The notes below the pieces were generated by a model that saw only the letters and a program-made list of their open reading frames with translations, ran no database searches and was not told the DNA's origin. Shown here in pieces: positions 1-13,700 of a DNA stretch of 64,000 nt. The DNA is from Lama glama (Eukaryota). The position numbers and the translations under genes are program-made. How positions within the stretch are numbered: position 1 is the first letter of the stretch; each line of letters opens with the position of its first letter. The DNA lies in assembly GCA_028534125.1 (NCBI GenBank), contig CM052816.1, positions 22,074,001 to 22,138,000 of the forward strand. Reading direction: 5' to 3'.

Positions 1-108
1 AACAGTTGTGTCATTAATGGTTGTTTGCTTAAAATCAGAACTGTTGACTGTCATTATATTTTTTAAAGTACATTTGAAAAATAATCTAAAATATTTTCTA
101 TTCTACAG

Positions 109-179
109 GATTTAAATACTATTTATTCTTATCTTCATGGAATGGAAATATTATCAAATCTCAGGGAACATCAGCTTAG
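109..179 (+). CDS. RAPGEF6: RAPGEF6 internal coding exon (exon 2, 71 nt): DLNTIYSYLHGMEILSNLREHQLR
   Basis: Acceptor ttctattctacAG ends at 108 and donor GTAAGT starts at 180. Translation matches the recalled RAPGEF6 N-terminus; phase 0 to 2. Confidence 0.96.
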
Positions 180-299
180 GTAAGTGTGATGCTGTGTTTA
201 AGAGCATATGCTAAGGAGTTCCTCAAATGAGTTTTGATAGATACTTGCAGGGGCCAGATGATTTGGGGGTTTTTGTAGGCTAAGCATAGAAATTGGCAT

Positions 300-460
300 T
301 TTCTCTCCCAGTTTTTCTTGGCCATGGGACCTTGAGCAAGTCTTAACATCTAAGCTGCAGTTTTGTCTTCTTTGGGAATAATAAGATTACCTTTGTTATA
401 GCATTTTGAGGATTAAATGAGAAAATCTAAAGCAAGGCACAGTGCTCAGTATGTGCTAGC
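300..460 (+). mobile_element. MIR SINE fragment
   Basis: gaccttgagcaagtcttaac...gaggattaaatgagaaaat core motifs. Confidence 0.65.
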
Positions 461-1311
461 CAGTGAAAACAAAACTGTATTTTTTGTAGTTCCTATCGAT
501 ATTTATTATGTCAGATACTTAAGATGCACATGGCATACTATAGTGTTGTATTAAAGTGGAAGGAGCAGCACTCTTGATTTGGTATAAGCTCCCATGAACA
601 AGACCCATAAACTTTCTGCACCTCATTTTTCTATTCTGTAAGATGAGTTTTTTCTCCTGCTACTTTATATTGTTGTGGTTATAGTTGTAAAAACTCTTTT
701 GAGTGCTGCAAAGCACTGTTGTAAGTTTTCATAATATTTTAATTAAAATGTGTTTTTCTTCCATGACCACTTTTTCTGACTGTTCTTAAAGTTTCTAATT
801 ACGGACCAGATTACTAAAATATAATTGTTGGGATTTATTATTTTCTGTTTTCTGTATAATTGAGATGTTAGTATATGTTAAATAAGCATATCAAGAGGAA
901 GAAAACTGAAAATTAGAGCAGTAGTAATAATAAAAATATTTTTTAAATGCACGCAAATTTGTATCTATTCAACAGATTTTTGTGTCTTTGTGTGTATGCC
1001 CTGGCCTGTAACTGTTCTTTACCATAAGGATTCATTAGTGAATCAGACACATATATATTCTTCTATAACAAAAAAGAACATTATTTAGTGTGAATTGACA
1101 GGTTATAGAACGTATATAAGAGTATTATACTTGTTGCCCCTTAATATTCACTGCTACTTTTGAAAATAATTACTGCATTTAGTGTGTATATTTTTAAACT
1201 CTAGGGAAAAATTTAGTGGTAGATCTGATCATTTTCTGTGGTGATTATAGCAATTTTGAAATAATTTAAGGTAAAATCTTTAAATTTTTTATTTTTTAAA
1301 AAATGTGTTAG

Positions 1312-1368
1312 ATTAATGTCTGCAAGAGCACGCTATGAGAGATACAGCGGCAATCAAGTTCTTTTTTG
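1312..1368 (+). CDS. RAPGEF6: RAPGEF6 exon 3 (57 nt): LMSARARYERYSGNQVLFC
   Basis: AG at 1310-1311 and GTAAGT at 1369; phase 2 to 2; continues the reading frame of the previous exon. Confidence 0.96.
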
Positions 1369-1449
1369 GTAAGTATTTCTATAATTTGCTTAATAATGTT
1401 TAAATTTGGATTTTAAGCATTGAAATTCATTTGATTCTGGAATAGTTTC

Positions 1450-2400
1450 TGTAGAGGAGATTGAAATACAGTCATAAACTGTGAAATATACATAGAGCTC
1501 ACAAAAGATGTACAGTGTAACAGGTTTCATAAATATATACACCTGTATAACTACTACCCAGTGAATATGTAGAACATTTCATCTCTTCAGAAGGCTCTTG
1601 TCACCTCTCTTGGAAGGGTAATCTAGTTCTAATGTCTATCACCATAGATTGGTTTTGCTTCTTTTTGAATTTCATATAGACAAAAATCTTTTGGTCAGGC
1701 TTTTTTCACTTCACAAATGTCTGAGATTCTTCTATGTTTTTGTATTCATTCTTTTTCATTGCTTTATAGTATGCAGTTACATGAAAGTAACATAATTTGT
1801 TTATCCTTTGCTCTATTAATTGATATTTGGGTTGTTGCCAGTTTTTTCCTATCATAAATAGTAAGTTTCTGAACATTTTGTTCATGTCTTTTTGTGTCCT
1901 TTGATTCATTCCTCTTAGGAATATTCCTAGGAATGAAAGGATTGAAAATGCATGTGCTCAAATTTAAGAGATTCTAACATTAATAGAATCTAACATACGT
2001 ATTTCATTTTATTATCTCATTGTGATTTAATTTTTGTTTCCATGCTTACTAATGATAATAAATGATTTTCATGTTTCTATAGGTTATTTGGATAGCTCCT
2101 TTATGAAATCCTGATTCAAATTTTTGACCATATTTTAGTTGAGTTGTCTTATTTCTATTGTTTTGTAGAAATTTATGAATTTGAATCCAAGTCCTATGTT
2201 GGATACATAAGTTGCAAATACTTTGTCCCACTGTGTGGCTTGCTTTTTCATTCTATTAATGGTGTGTTTTGAAGAAGAGAAATTTCTGATTTTCTCAGTT
2301 TTTCCCCTTGTGAACAAGGTTCTTGTGTTTAAAATATTTTTGCCCTCTTCAAGATTATGAGGATATTCTTCTCTGTTTTTTCTTTCAGAAGTTTTGTCAG
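1450..2400 (-). mobile_element. Old L1 (L1MC/ME-like) 3' region
   Basis: Degenerate L1 ORF2-end and 3'UTR motifs (agaacatttc, gatatttgggttgttgccagtttt, gcaaatactttgtccca). Confidence 0.7.
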
Positions 2401-2699
2401 CAGTGATCTCTTATTATATAGATTCAGCTGGTATAGAGGAATGGTGTTGACTTTAATGTTTCATTATGCATTGCATTTATCATTATATCTACAGTATTTA
2501 CTGGATTCATATGGTTAATAGCTATATATGTTTATTTGTTGATTCATTCACTAATTGCCTGCTATATGTCATACTTAGCCTGTTTATAGAATGGTGGGAA
2601 ATCACAGGATATATCCTTATGACCTTGTGTAGTAGGGGAGAGAAAGTTAATTAAAATTGCTACACAAATGAAGTGCTATCAAAGAAATACATACATTTA

Positions 2700-3860
2700 T
2701 AGATAATTGGAACAGAATTTAGAGTCCAAATATAAACCCTTAGGTTTATAAACAGTTTCTGGAATTTTTTAAAAAATGGTTTTGTAGCTAAGATCTGCAC
2801 ACAATGTGGGTATAACACAACTGAAGATTAAAAAGGAGCCACCAGTGAACAGTTTATTTTTGATGAAGGTGCTAAAGCATTTCATTGGGAAAACATAGTT
2901 TTTTCAACAAATGGTGCTGGGTTAATTGTGTATTTACATGTAAAAATGTTCATTTAGATCCTTATCTTACACACACACACACACATAAACTAATGAACTG
3001 TCAGTTTATACCAATTAGAATAGCTGCAGTTGTGGGGATGTGAAATGGGTAAAGGGGATGGATCACCTGTATGGTGATGGATGGAAACTGTATTTTTGAT
3101 AGCACACTATTGGGTATACAGAAGCAGAAATATAACATTGTACATGTGAAACTTATGTAGTATGAACCAGTGTTACCTCAGTAAAAAAATAAAAGAATGC
3201 TGCAGTCAAAAAGGTAGCCAATAACAAGTGTTCATGAGGATATGATGACATTTGGAATCCTAATATATTTGTGGTACAGATGCTAAATGGTATATATATT
3301 TAGCCACCTTAGGAAACAGTTTGGCAATTTCTTAAAATTTTACCATATGAGCCAGTAATTTTACTTTTACAAATTTACCCAGGGGAAATGAAAACCTATG
3401 TGCATACAGAGACTGTACACAAATGTTCATAGTAGCGCTATTCATACTAGCCTAAAACTGGAAAAAGTTTAAATGTCCTGTGAATGGATAGAGAAAATGC
3501 CCTATATTTGCATAGTGGAATACTATTTGGCGGTAAAAAGGAATAAAGTACTGATACACACTACAGCATGGACAAACCTTAAAAAATTAGGCTAAGTGGA
3601 AGAAGCAAGATAGAAACACAACATATTATATGATTGTATTTAAATGAACTGTCCAGGAAAAACAAATCTGTAGAGACAGAGCAGATTGTTGGGGGTAGGG
3701 ATTGACTGCAAACAAGGCGTAATAGGTCTCTTTGTGTTAATAGAAATGTTCTAAAACAGGATTGTGGTGATATTTGCACAGTTCTTTTCATAAATTTCAT
3801 AAAAGTCATTGAATTGTGCACTTAAAATGGGTGAATTTATGGTATGTAATTACACCTCAA
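2700..3860 (+). mobile_element. Old L1 3' end, interrupted at ~3031-3193 by a short younger L1 3' tail
   Basis: ttttcaacaaatggtgctgg, aatgttcatagtagcgcta and ggatTGTGGTGAT motifs. The inner insert ends in poly(A) and is flanked by AGAAT(A)GCTGCAGT at 3017-3030 and 3194-3206. Confidence 0.75.
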
Positions 3861-5448
3861 TGAAGTTGTTGAAAAATTAGTGTTAAAGAGTTGTATAGAT
3901 TTGTATCTGGCTAATCATAAACAAAAGAATTTTTAAAAATGAATGTGGAAGTTAATTAAAGAGTTTAAATTCAGGGATTGGTGGATTATTCTTAGATTAT
4001 TTGCTTACAGAGAGAAGGGAGATAGCATGGCCCCACATTAGAAGACTTTCACTTTCCTTGTGTACTTATCAGAGGCATTGCTCTGAGAGTGGAATTCTTT
4101 GCAAGATCTGAACAGTTTCTGATTCATGAGTGGGCATAGTTCTCTTGGTAGGAGTGAACTTTAGGGTTTTTCTTGCATTAATAGGAGAATTTGACAACTT
4201 CATGACTGCTTTAGCCTAGTGAGATTAAAAATTGGAGGCTTGTGATAGCATCCAGTCATAGCTTTCTTCTGTGTTAATTTTGGACAAAATTTCCCTTCAT
4301 TGATTTTATTCCTTCATAAATTTATAAAAGTCCTGTTTTGAAAGAATAAGAAAGTGAAATTTCTAAACAAAGAACCTTAAGTAGGAGATTTGTAGCCATT
4401 TGTATCTTCTCTCAGTGAATATGGACAGCATGTGGATATAAAGAACTTTGAAGTACGCAGTAGAAAGTTGGTAATAATTTTTCCTTCTCATCATAAGCAA
4501 TAGGATTTACCCAGAAAACTCACCCTTGCTTGCTCTGTAGAATGGTATGCAGGCTTAGATTTCTGGATGGAAAATGATACTATTCATTGAGAACAGAGAA
4601 TACTAGAAAAACAATCAAACTTAAAGGAAATGATAATGATGTAGATTGTGAACACGTTGAGGTTGAGTTGTCTGTTACATACACAAGCTGACATGTCAAA
4701 TACATAACCAGATACACAGTTCTTCAGTTCAGAGGAAACATTTGTTTTATAAATATTAGAATTATCTACATATTGGAATTAATTGAATTTGTAGGCATAG
4801 TAAATAAAGATATTTAAGAGAAAGATGGAAAAGATTATATTATAAACACATCTAACAAGATTCTGGGTTTCTATTGGAGATTTAACTGAACTAAAGATGC
4901 TGGTGGACTTATGGACTTAAGTCATCTGATATTCTTTTATTGCTTAAATACATACAAAATGAAAGATTGGATAGGCATTTTATTTATTTCTGTCAGAGTA
5001 AAATTTAAGAGAAATAAATAGATCATTATGATCCAAATTATAGTTGAAAGCGAAGACAGAACATTGATAAACTTGTAAATTCCAAACAGTATTGTCTTTA
5101 ATATATATTGAAGTTATCAGAAATAGAATTTTTTAATATTCACATGTAGTACAATATTTAAGTTAAACTTCATCAGATATGGTGATCTGGAAATGAGGAC
5201 TGTGTAGTTAATGATATAAATTAATAAGATAGAGCTAATAAACATATATTGCTGAACCCTGTGTCTTAAGATAGTGATTATATAAGATGTGAACATGATC
5301 TGTATGAAACCTTTGGAAACAGGCAGAACTTCCAAGGAGTGTTAGTTAATTTTTAGTTTATCATATTATAGGATATTTTTCATGTTTTGTATTTTGTGTT
5401 GAATCTATATACATGTAAATGTGTGTATTTATTTACTCATTTAAACAG

Positions 5449-5532
5449 TTCAGAAACTATTGCCAGATGTTGGTATATCCTGCTTTCTGGATCTGTGCTT
5501 ATGAAAGACTCCATGGTCTTGCCTCCTTGCAG
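5449..5532 (+). CDS. RAPGEF6: RAPGEF6 exon 4 (84 nt): SETIARCWYILLSGSVLMKDSMVLPPCS, part of a degenerate N-terminal cNMP-binding-like fold
   Basis: ttaaacAG acceptor and GTATGT donor at 5533; WYILLSGSV motif; phase 2 to 2. Confidence 0.96.
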
Positions 5533-5819
5533 GTATGTTTACATTTGCTGCTTTGTGCATGTGTAATTACAACTATTAATTTTATTTATTTCTTATGTTA
5601 AAACTATTTTATGTAGGTTGTGTGTTTTCTCTTGGTAGGTAATACATTTTATAAATGTCTTTGCTTTTTGGTACTATTGGAAATACTTGGCAGGAATCAA
5701 CTGATACTCCATATTTCTGGGGGTATAATCTATAGTGTACACCATGATGCATTACTGCTATTTGATCTTTAGTTGTATGTGAGATTTGATCTCATTTATC
5801 TGATGGGTTCATTGCTATG

Positions 5820-6250
5820 TTTTAGAGAGGTAATATATCTTAATAGTTAAGAAATTGGTTTTTGAAAGAGTAAGGCAGATGAGGGTAGATCCTGATTTTA
5901 TCACTTACTAGTTTTATGACTTTGGACAAATTTTAGTCTTCTTGTGTGTAAAATGAGGATAATAAGAGTACCTACTTCAGTGTCTTTATGAGGTTTTAAC
6001 AAGCTACTTACGCAGAGTTCTCAGTAGCAATTACAGAGTTGACACTCCTAGATCCAAACTGCATGAGTTCACGTCAGAAGTAGTTCTACTGCTTCTGGGG
6101 CAAGTTACTTAATCCCCTTGTATTTCGGTTTCCTCATTTGTAAAATAGGGGCAATAATAGAATCCATTCCATAAGACAGTTTTGATAAATAAATAAGCTT
6201 ATGTATATAAAGCTGTTAGATCAGTGCCTGGCTGTTATAAGTAATTGTCA
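5820..6250 (+). mobile_element. Two tandem MIR SINEs
   Basis: gactttggacaaatt...gtaaaatgaggataata and gggcaagttacttaatccc...tttcctcatttgtaaaatagggg cores. Confidence 0.75.
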
Positions 6251-7464
6251 ATTATCACCATTAAGATAATTAGGTACAAAAAGAGAATAGTGGTTGAAAA
6301 GATGGTGAGATACCATATTCTTAGAGATTTTGATCTATTAGCAATTCTTAAGATTTTCTGCCTTCAAATTATAATTTGCTGACATAACAATGTAATTTTT
6401 TAGTGACTCTTTTCCAATAATGTTGAGAAGAGGTTTTTAGGCTTTTAAAACAAGACTTCCTATTGCAGCTGAATTAATTTAGTTGCAAAATGATTAAATT
6501 TGAGTACCAAGTTACAGTCTGCTCGATAGATGGTATGGGGCACCTCAGTTTTGATGCCATTTTTAAAGCCATATCTTGAGCCTTGAAACTTTCCATCATC
6601 AGCTTTGGTTAAATGAAATCTGTGCTTCATGACTACAGAATAAAACATGTTATTGGCTGTTTTTACAAATAAAGTATATAATTCTTGGTTATTGAAGCAT
6701 TTTGGCTATTGTCCCTTTCTCCTGTGTTTCTGAAACTCACTTTAATGATTTGTAATGAGTTAGTAGTTTACTCATTACAGAGAGACAGAATAACCTGGGT
6801 TGATAATGGTTACAGTTATGTTTTAGGAATCTTAGTATTCTTTGGAATATTTTCTGTTTTCTGCTGTTATGAACAGTCATGAATTTGTTGTAAGGACTTT
6901 ATGTAGCTACTAACCAGCCATGATAATTCACCATTAGTTTGTGATCAAGACAATGAAGTTTATCTTTTAAATAATTGAAATGAATGAAAATTTTTTTAAA
7001 CATCAGTCATGGTATGCTTTAATGTAACCGTCATGAACTTCACAGCAAACATGGTTATTAAAGAAGTTTATTTGTTATTTAATGAACAATTCTAGGATAT
7101 TTGTATTTTGTGTTTGAGTGATACTTGTAATAGGTTGTTGTAGGGTGATTGTTAGGATTAAAATGAGTCAATAGCAATAAACTACCTAGAATAATAGTTA
7201 GCATATATTAAACATCAAGTTTAATTTTGTTCATTTTGTCATGTTTAAAAGTTTAACATGTTTAATTTTGAAGTTCATTTTGTCATGCCCCAAATAATTT
7301 TTGGCTTCCGTTAATATTATTATTATAGCATAATAGCATTAGGATATGATTATTACAATCAACAGAATATGAGTACTATGTATTATAGGAGAAGGAGCAC
7401 TAATAGTGTTCCAGTTTATAAAAATAGAGCTTATTTCTGTAGATTTTAAGGTAATTATTACTCC

Positions 7465-10190
7465 CCATATCAGTGAGTCGAGAGAAACCACATAATAATT
7501 TGAACAGGGACAGTTTTAAGAATTATTAACTATTTCAAGGAATTAGGTACTTAAAAGGATAAAAGAGCTAAGGGAGAATACCCAAGGAAGGAACAAACTT
7601 GGAAGAGGAACCCTCTCCTTAAAACTGAAATTCAGACCCTGTTGGAGAATAGTCCAATAGATAATGGAGAAGTTCACTTGGTTGCCCTGAACCAGAACTG
7701 TCCACAGTCATTAGGTCAAGGCTGTCAGGAAGAGAACCTCTGACCAGGACTGATAAGCAGTAGAATTCCCCTACCTCGTGCTAGGGTGTAGCTGGGCCCT
7801 GAATCTGGAGATAGGACCTCCCTTTGCCTTAAACACACACACCCTGCAGAGCAAAGAACACTTTTCTACTGCAGTGTCCTTCTACTAGTACCCTTTACTG
7901 ATAAAGCTTTAACATTTCCAGCTGAGCAAAGGAGAGTCTTGACTAAATCCAGATCCTTTATTACAAAGTATATTTGAAACTGAGAAATAATGCATTTGGA
8001 TTTGAGCAGCACTAAATAACTGGTACTCCCTTGGTTACTTGGCTTCCATATGAATGAGTTGATGTCTCTAGCTTCCTTTTTTCACTACTCATTCAGTAGT
8101 TCTGCCCTCAGCTAGAATTTCAGCTGTTCTGGGTTCTTCACCTGATGGTAGACGCAAAACCTTTATTTCTGAAGGGTCTTTACTTGTCTTACCGCCTCCC
8201 CCTTTTATTGCTGTAGTTTTCCATTAACCTTTAACAGTGGACCGTGGAAGTGTTGTAAGGGGCTTAAGAGAATCCCTGGTGCATCAGATGTAGTCCTCCT
8301 GGTCGCCATTGTATGCAGCAACTTAGTTTCTTCTTGGTGATTGGGAGTAATCTCTCAGACTAGTAGGATAACCCCTTTTCTTGCCTTTTGATTCAGTGGC
8401 CAGATGGAAGTCTCTAATTCAGTGGAACTGTTGTGTTTCCTGGTAGAAGCAATCTTTTGGGCACTAAGACTCAAAACCAGCAGAGCTCAAAGTTTTAGGG
8501 AGGGGGAGCAAAAATTCTGTGAATGAGTTATTAGGTTTAACAATGAGAGGAGCCACTCTTATTTCCATACCTTGAATACCAGACTGATGTGTTCTGGTTA
8601 TTGGGAGAGACAGAAACCTTTGCTGTAAAATGAATTCCTTGGTCAAAAATGATACTGTCTAGAATAGAGGCCATAGATAAGGTAGTTTGTGAGCCTGTGG
8701 ATAGTGGTGCTGGCAGAAGCATTATGTACAGGAAAGGCAGATTATTTCCAGAATGTGTCTATTCCAGTAAGAACAAGTATCTGCCTCCTCCATGATAGAA
8801 AAAGTCCAATGTAAATAATCTGCTTCCAGGTGACTCAGTGGTTCCCTTGAGGAATGGTGCCGTATCAGAGATTCAGTATTGGTCTCTGCTTTTGGCAGTT
8901 TAGGTACCCAGCAGTAACATTAGCAGTTGAGCCCCTGCATATTTTCCATCTCTGCCGCCATGGGCATTTCATTCATACGCCCATTGAACAAGCACTGGAG
9001 TGGCTGGGGAAGGAGTTTGATTGACATCTGTAGAGCATGTCATTTTGTTTACCTCTGCAATGGATGCCCCTTGGTCATTCACACGGGACACAGATTATCT
9101 TCAAAGACTGTCCCATTCCACATACCTTTTCTCAGGCTTCCTTGTCACCAGTCTTCCAATCCTGTTCCTTACAAGTCTCTGGCCATTGAACCAAACCATT
9201 AGTAACTGCCCATGAATCTGTTTAGATCAGTATTCTGGCCACCTCTCAATCCAGATAAAATGGACAGCCAAATGTACTACTTGAAGTTCTATTCTCTAGG
9301 AGGATTTTTCCTTCACCGCCTTCCTTCGGGGTCACTTTTGAGTGGGGCTGTCTACCTTTGGGTAATACCAGCATGTTGTGCCAACTCAACTGTGAAACAG
9401 GCTCAGGTTTCTTCTTCCTTAGTCCACTTGGTCATAAGGAACTTCCCAGGTGGGCATAGGCACAAGCACAGATTGAGGTAGAGGGGGCAGTGCGTAGACA
9501 ACTGATGTTGAAGCAGTCTGAGCTACCTGCTCATGCAGTTCATTCTGGACCTGGGTAAACTCAGTCTCCTATACACTATATTTATTTGATAATAGATTAC
9601 TACTGCTCATGCCCAACCCTTAAGGCTAGGAATGTAGTTCATGGTGGGAAGTTCAGGCTACATAATCACCTGAGGTCCCATGGTCAGGCATTCAGCAAGG
9701 ACCAGTAGCAAGCCAGAAGTTGTTTCTCAAAAGTAGAATAGTTACTTGCAGAAGAGGGCATAGGTACTTCAGAAATCCTAGAGGTTTGCACTGTAATTCT
9801 CATGTTAATGCTTTTGAGATTCCTTAGAGCATATCTGTTTGACATGAACACTAAATAATCAATCCATTGTTGAATATGCTGGATCATAAAGCCCAAGTGG
9901 TACAGTGCTTATACTGCACCCTGAACTTACTGGCAGCCTTGCAGGCAACTCTGAAATTGGGTCACTCAGTATGAGTTACCTCTAGGATGCCAAACAACTA
10001 ACCAAGAGTTGTGCCTCTCTTTTTGTGCTAGATGTTGTGAGGTGCCTTGTATTTCACCTCCTAGGGGATATTTTGTCATGCCCCAAATCATGGAACTCCC
10101 AGAAATTTGACTGAGGGGGCAGGTCTTTGAGTTTTTATGAGGTTTATCTCCCAAACTCTAGTTTTGTATACATTATAATAAAGCATCTAA
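7465..10190 (-). mobile_element. ERVL-class LTR retrotransposon remnant: probable LTR ~7465-8025 plus decayed pol-region internal sequence ~8030-10190
   Basis: Minus-strand fragments PMPSSASNYSTFEKQLLACYWSL (ERVL RT/RNase H-like motif) and VAPLIVKPNNSFTEFLLPLPKTLSSAG (resembles HERVL post-integrase region). Many stops and frameshifts. LTR family not determined. Confidence 0.8.
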
Positions 10191-10779
10191 AGTACAACCT
10201 CTTATCTCTTAATGAAATTTTACATGTCATTTAAACTAGTAAAATATATTTTACAGTTTACTATGAACAAGGGAGATAGGGAATAAATCAAATCTGAAAT
10301 GTAATTGTCTTTATTTTGAAATGAATCTGATTTTTTTTCCCTAGAATTCAGTTCTTTCTACTTGTCACAGTAAATTTTCACTGTAGCTCAAGAAAGCATA
10401 GACATCATTACATGTGATTTTTAAATAAAATTATTGCTTGTATTCATTGAAACAATCATTTATGTAACAAATAAGCATAGATTGTCATCTCCATGACTGA
10501 ATTACCTTGGATTGGGATGACTGCTTTTGGGCTCTTACTGTGTGACGTGGAAAGAAAACTTCCGGGGAGGAAGTTGTGGAAATAGATTCTACAGATAAGC
10601 AGGATTAGCTAGGCAGAGGAGGAGAGAATAAGCATTTCAGTCAGAATATTTCAAGCACTGAGGCATTAATTCATTTAGAACACATTTATTGAGTGCCTGC
10701 ATGTGTCAGGCACTCTGCTAGTCAGTGAGGTTGGGAATGGTTACAACCTTTCACTAGCATCAGAAGTAATACCCTTTTT

Positions 10780-13700
10780 TTAAAAGATATAATTTTAAAA
10801 ATAATTTTTGACTAAGTAATTAATTTGTACTATTTGGAAGTCAAAGTAATACAAGTTATACTTTAAGAAATATTTCCACTTTTATTATTATCCACACTAT
10901 TCAGCTCATCTGCATAAAAAGCTAATGACTTCTGTTAATGCCTTGCATATCTTCCTAATATTTTAAATACATATGTAGACAAAAACAAATACTTATTTTT
11001 CCTATTTCTGACCCAAATAGGAACTTTTTTCTGTGACTTAAATGGGAAAAGTGCAGGTAACCTACATGTACATGTTAACAAGTTAATAATAAATTGAACA
11101 TTTGACTAATCGCTGCTCAGATCAAGAAATTGACACTTGCCAGCACACTGGAAGCAGCCTGCTTGTCTTTTCTCATATCAACTCTCTTTCCCCTAGAGAT
11201 CACATTTTCCTAAATTTTAATCAGTTTAGCCTGAGGATATGCACAACTGAATGCTGTAGTTTGGTTTTTTACTTTTGAGCTTAATATGAATGTAATCTTA
11301 CAGTATTCTTATATATATGGCTTCTGTGGCTCAATGTTATGTTTATGAGATGTGTCTGTGTTGTTGCATATAGTTAGTTTGTCCTCATTAATGAGTATTT
11401 ATTTTGCTGTTTGCATAGTTGAGGGCTATTATAAGTAAATTGGCTGTGAACATCCTTGTACATTAGATGCACTTGTTAACATTTCTGTAGGTGTACCTAG
11501 CAGAATATTGTTAGTTTACAGCATGTGCCTATTTTCAGCTTTAATTGTTCATTGCAAGTTGTATTCCAAAGCAATGTATGAGAACTCCTATTGTTCCATA
11601 TTCTTACCGCCACTTAGTATTGTCATTTTCTTTTTGACTGCTTGATTTCGTTTATTCTACTGAGTATATGTATATCTCACTATAATTTTGATTTGAAAAT
11701 TACTGATTGCTGATTAATGAGTACATTTTCATTTGAATAACCTTTTTTGTAAAGTGCTTCTTCAGTCTGTTCCTCATTTTTTTTTTAATGCATTGTGTTT
11801 CTGTTAATGAGATGTGGCCATTCTTTGTGTATTCTGAATAAGAATTCTTGCTTGGTTATTTTTGTCGTGAGTATCTTTTCCCCCACTCTGCCTTGTATTA
11901 TTTATTCTCTTAGTAGTATCTTTGGATGAACACAAGTTCTTAACTGTAATGTAGAGTAATTCAGTCTTTTCTTTTTGTTGTTTCTGTTCCTTTGCCTAAG
12001 AAATATTTCTGTATTTTCCCTTATTACTTTCTAGAAATTGTCTTGTTTTCCTTTCAATTGACTTTTGAGTATGCTATAGTATAGTATGATTTTTCCATAT
12101 AGATTCCTTTATGTTCTCCCGTTTTCATTTAGTTCTTTAATTCAGTGCCACCTTTTGCATAAATCAAATACCCACAGATATGTGTGCCTGTTTCTGGGCT
12201 CCAAATCTATTCCATTAGATTTTGTGTATGCTTGAATAAATATGACATTGTTGTAATTACTGTAGCTTTATAATGTGTCTTGAAGTTTTATAAACTATGT
12301 GTGAGAAACTGCTGATCTGTATTCCAGTAGTTGTTCCATTTTAAACTCCCACCAGCAATGGGTAAAAGTTCTGTTCCAGTTTCTACATAATCACCAACAT
12401 GTGGTGTCATCAGTCTTAGCTTAGCTGCTCTAGTCACTGTGAAGTGGTTTTAATTTTCATTTTCCTGCTGATTAATGATATTGAGCACTTTTCCTTGTGC
12501 TTTTTGGCCATTGCTTCCTCTGTACTCTTTTGTGAAGTCTCTAAGTTTTGTGTGTGTGTGTATGCACCTGTTTGAAGGTTGAGTTGTTTGTGTTTATTGT
12601 AAGAATGATGTAGGTTGACAGGTATTGGACCACATTTTATCTCATTATTTGGTTTGCATTTTCACTTTCTCAATTATGTCTTTTTTAACAACTTTATTAA
12701 GGTGTAATTGACAAACTAAACTGCACGTATTTATATTATACGGTTTAATAAGTTTGGCATATGTATACACCCATAAAACTACCAGTAAAGGTAATGAACG
12801 TGTTCATCACCCCCCCCCAACAATTTCCTCATGCCTCTTTGTAAACGTTCTGTCATCCTTCCTTGCTCTCTCCCCTGGTCCCCAGGAATCACTGATTTTT
12901 TTTTCTTGCCACTATAGATTAGTTTGCATTTTCTAGAATTTTATATAAGGTGAACCACATAGTGTATACTCTTTTCTTACTTAGTTTCTCACACTCAGTA
13001 AAATTATGTTGAGGTTTATCCATGTTATTTGTGCCAATATTTAATTTTTTATTGTAGTATTATTTGCTTGGATATACCACTATTTGCTTAGCATTCAACT
13101 ACTGATGGACATTTAAGTCTCCTATTTTTGAATACTGTTGCTATGAACATTTGTGGACTGTGGACATACACTTTTATTTCTCGAGTAAATATTTACAAAT
13201 GGAATAGCTAAATTATTAATCTTCATGTGGGCACATACTTTCATTTATTTGGGGTATATACCTAGTAATGGCTAGGTTAATGTAGTAAGTGGATGTTTAA
13301 CCTTTCAGGAAAATGCCATACTCTTGTCCAAAGTTGTTGTGCCATTTTATATTCCCACCAGCAGTGAATGAGAGTTCTGTTTGTTCTGCATCATATCATT
13401 ACTAACACTTGGTAAGGTCAGTCTTTTTAAGTTGACTTATCTGATTGGTATGATACCTGATTGTGGTTTAAATTTGCATTTTCCTAAAGGCTAATGAGGG
13501 TGAGTATCTTTTCATGTTCTTGTCAGTGGTATATCTTTTGTAAAGTGTATTTTTGAATTTTTTGCTCATTTGGGGGAGGAGAGTTTTGGGGAGGTGGGTG
13601 GCAGAGATGTGTAATTTCTTATTTTTGAGTTTTAGAAGTTCTTTATATATGCTGTATATAGGTCCTTTAAGAGTTGGGTAACTTGCAGATATCGCCCACT

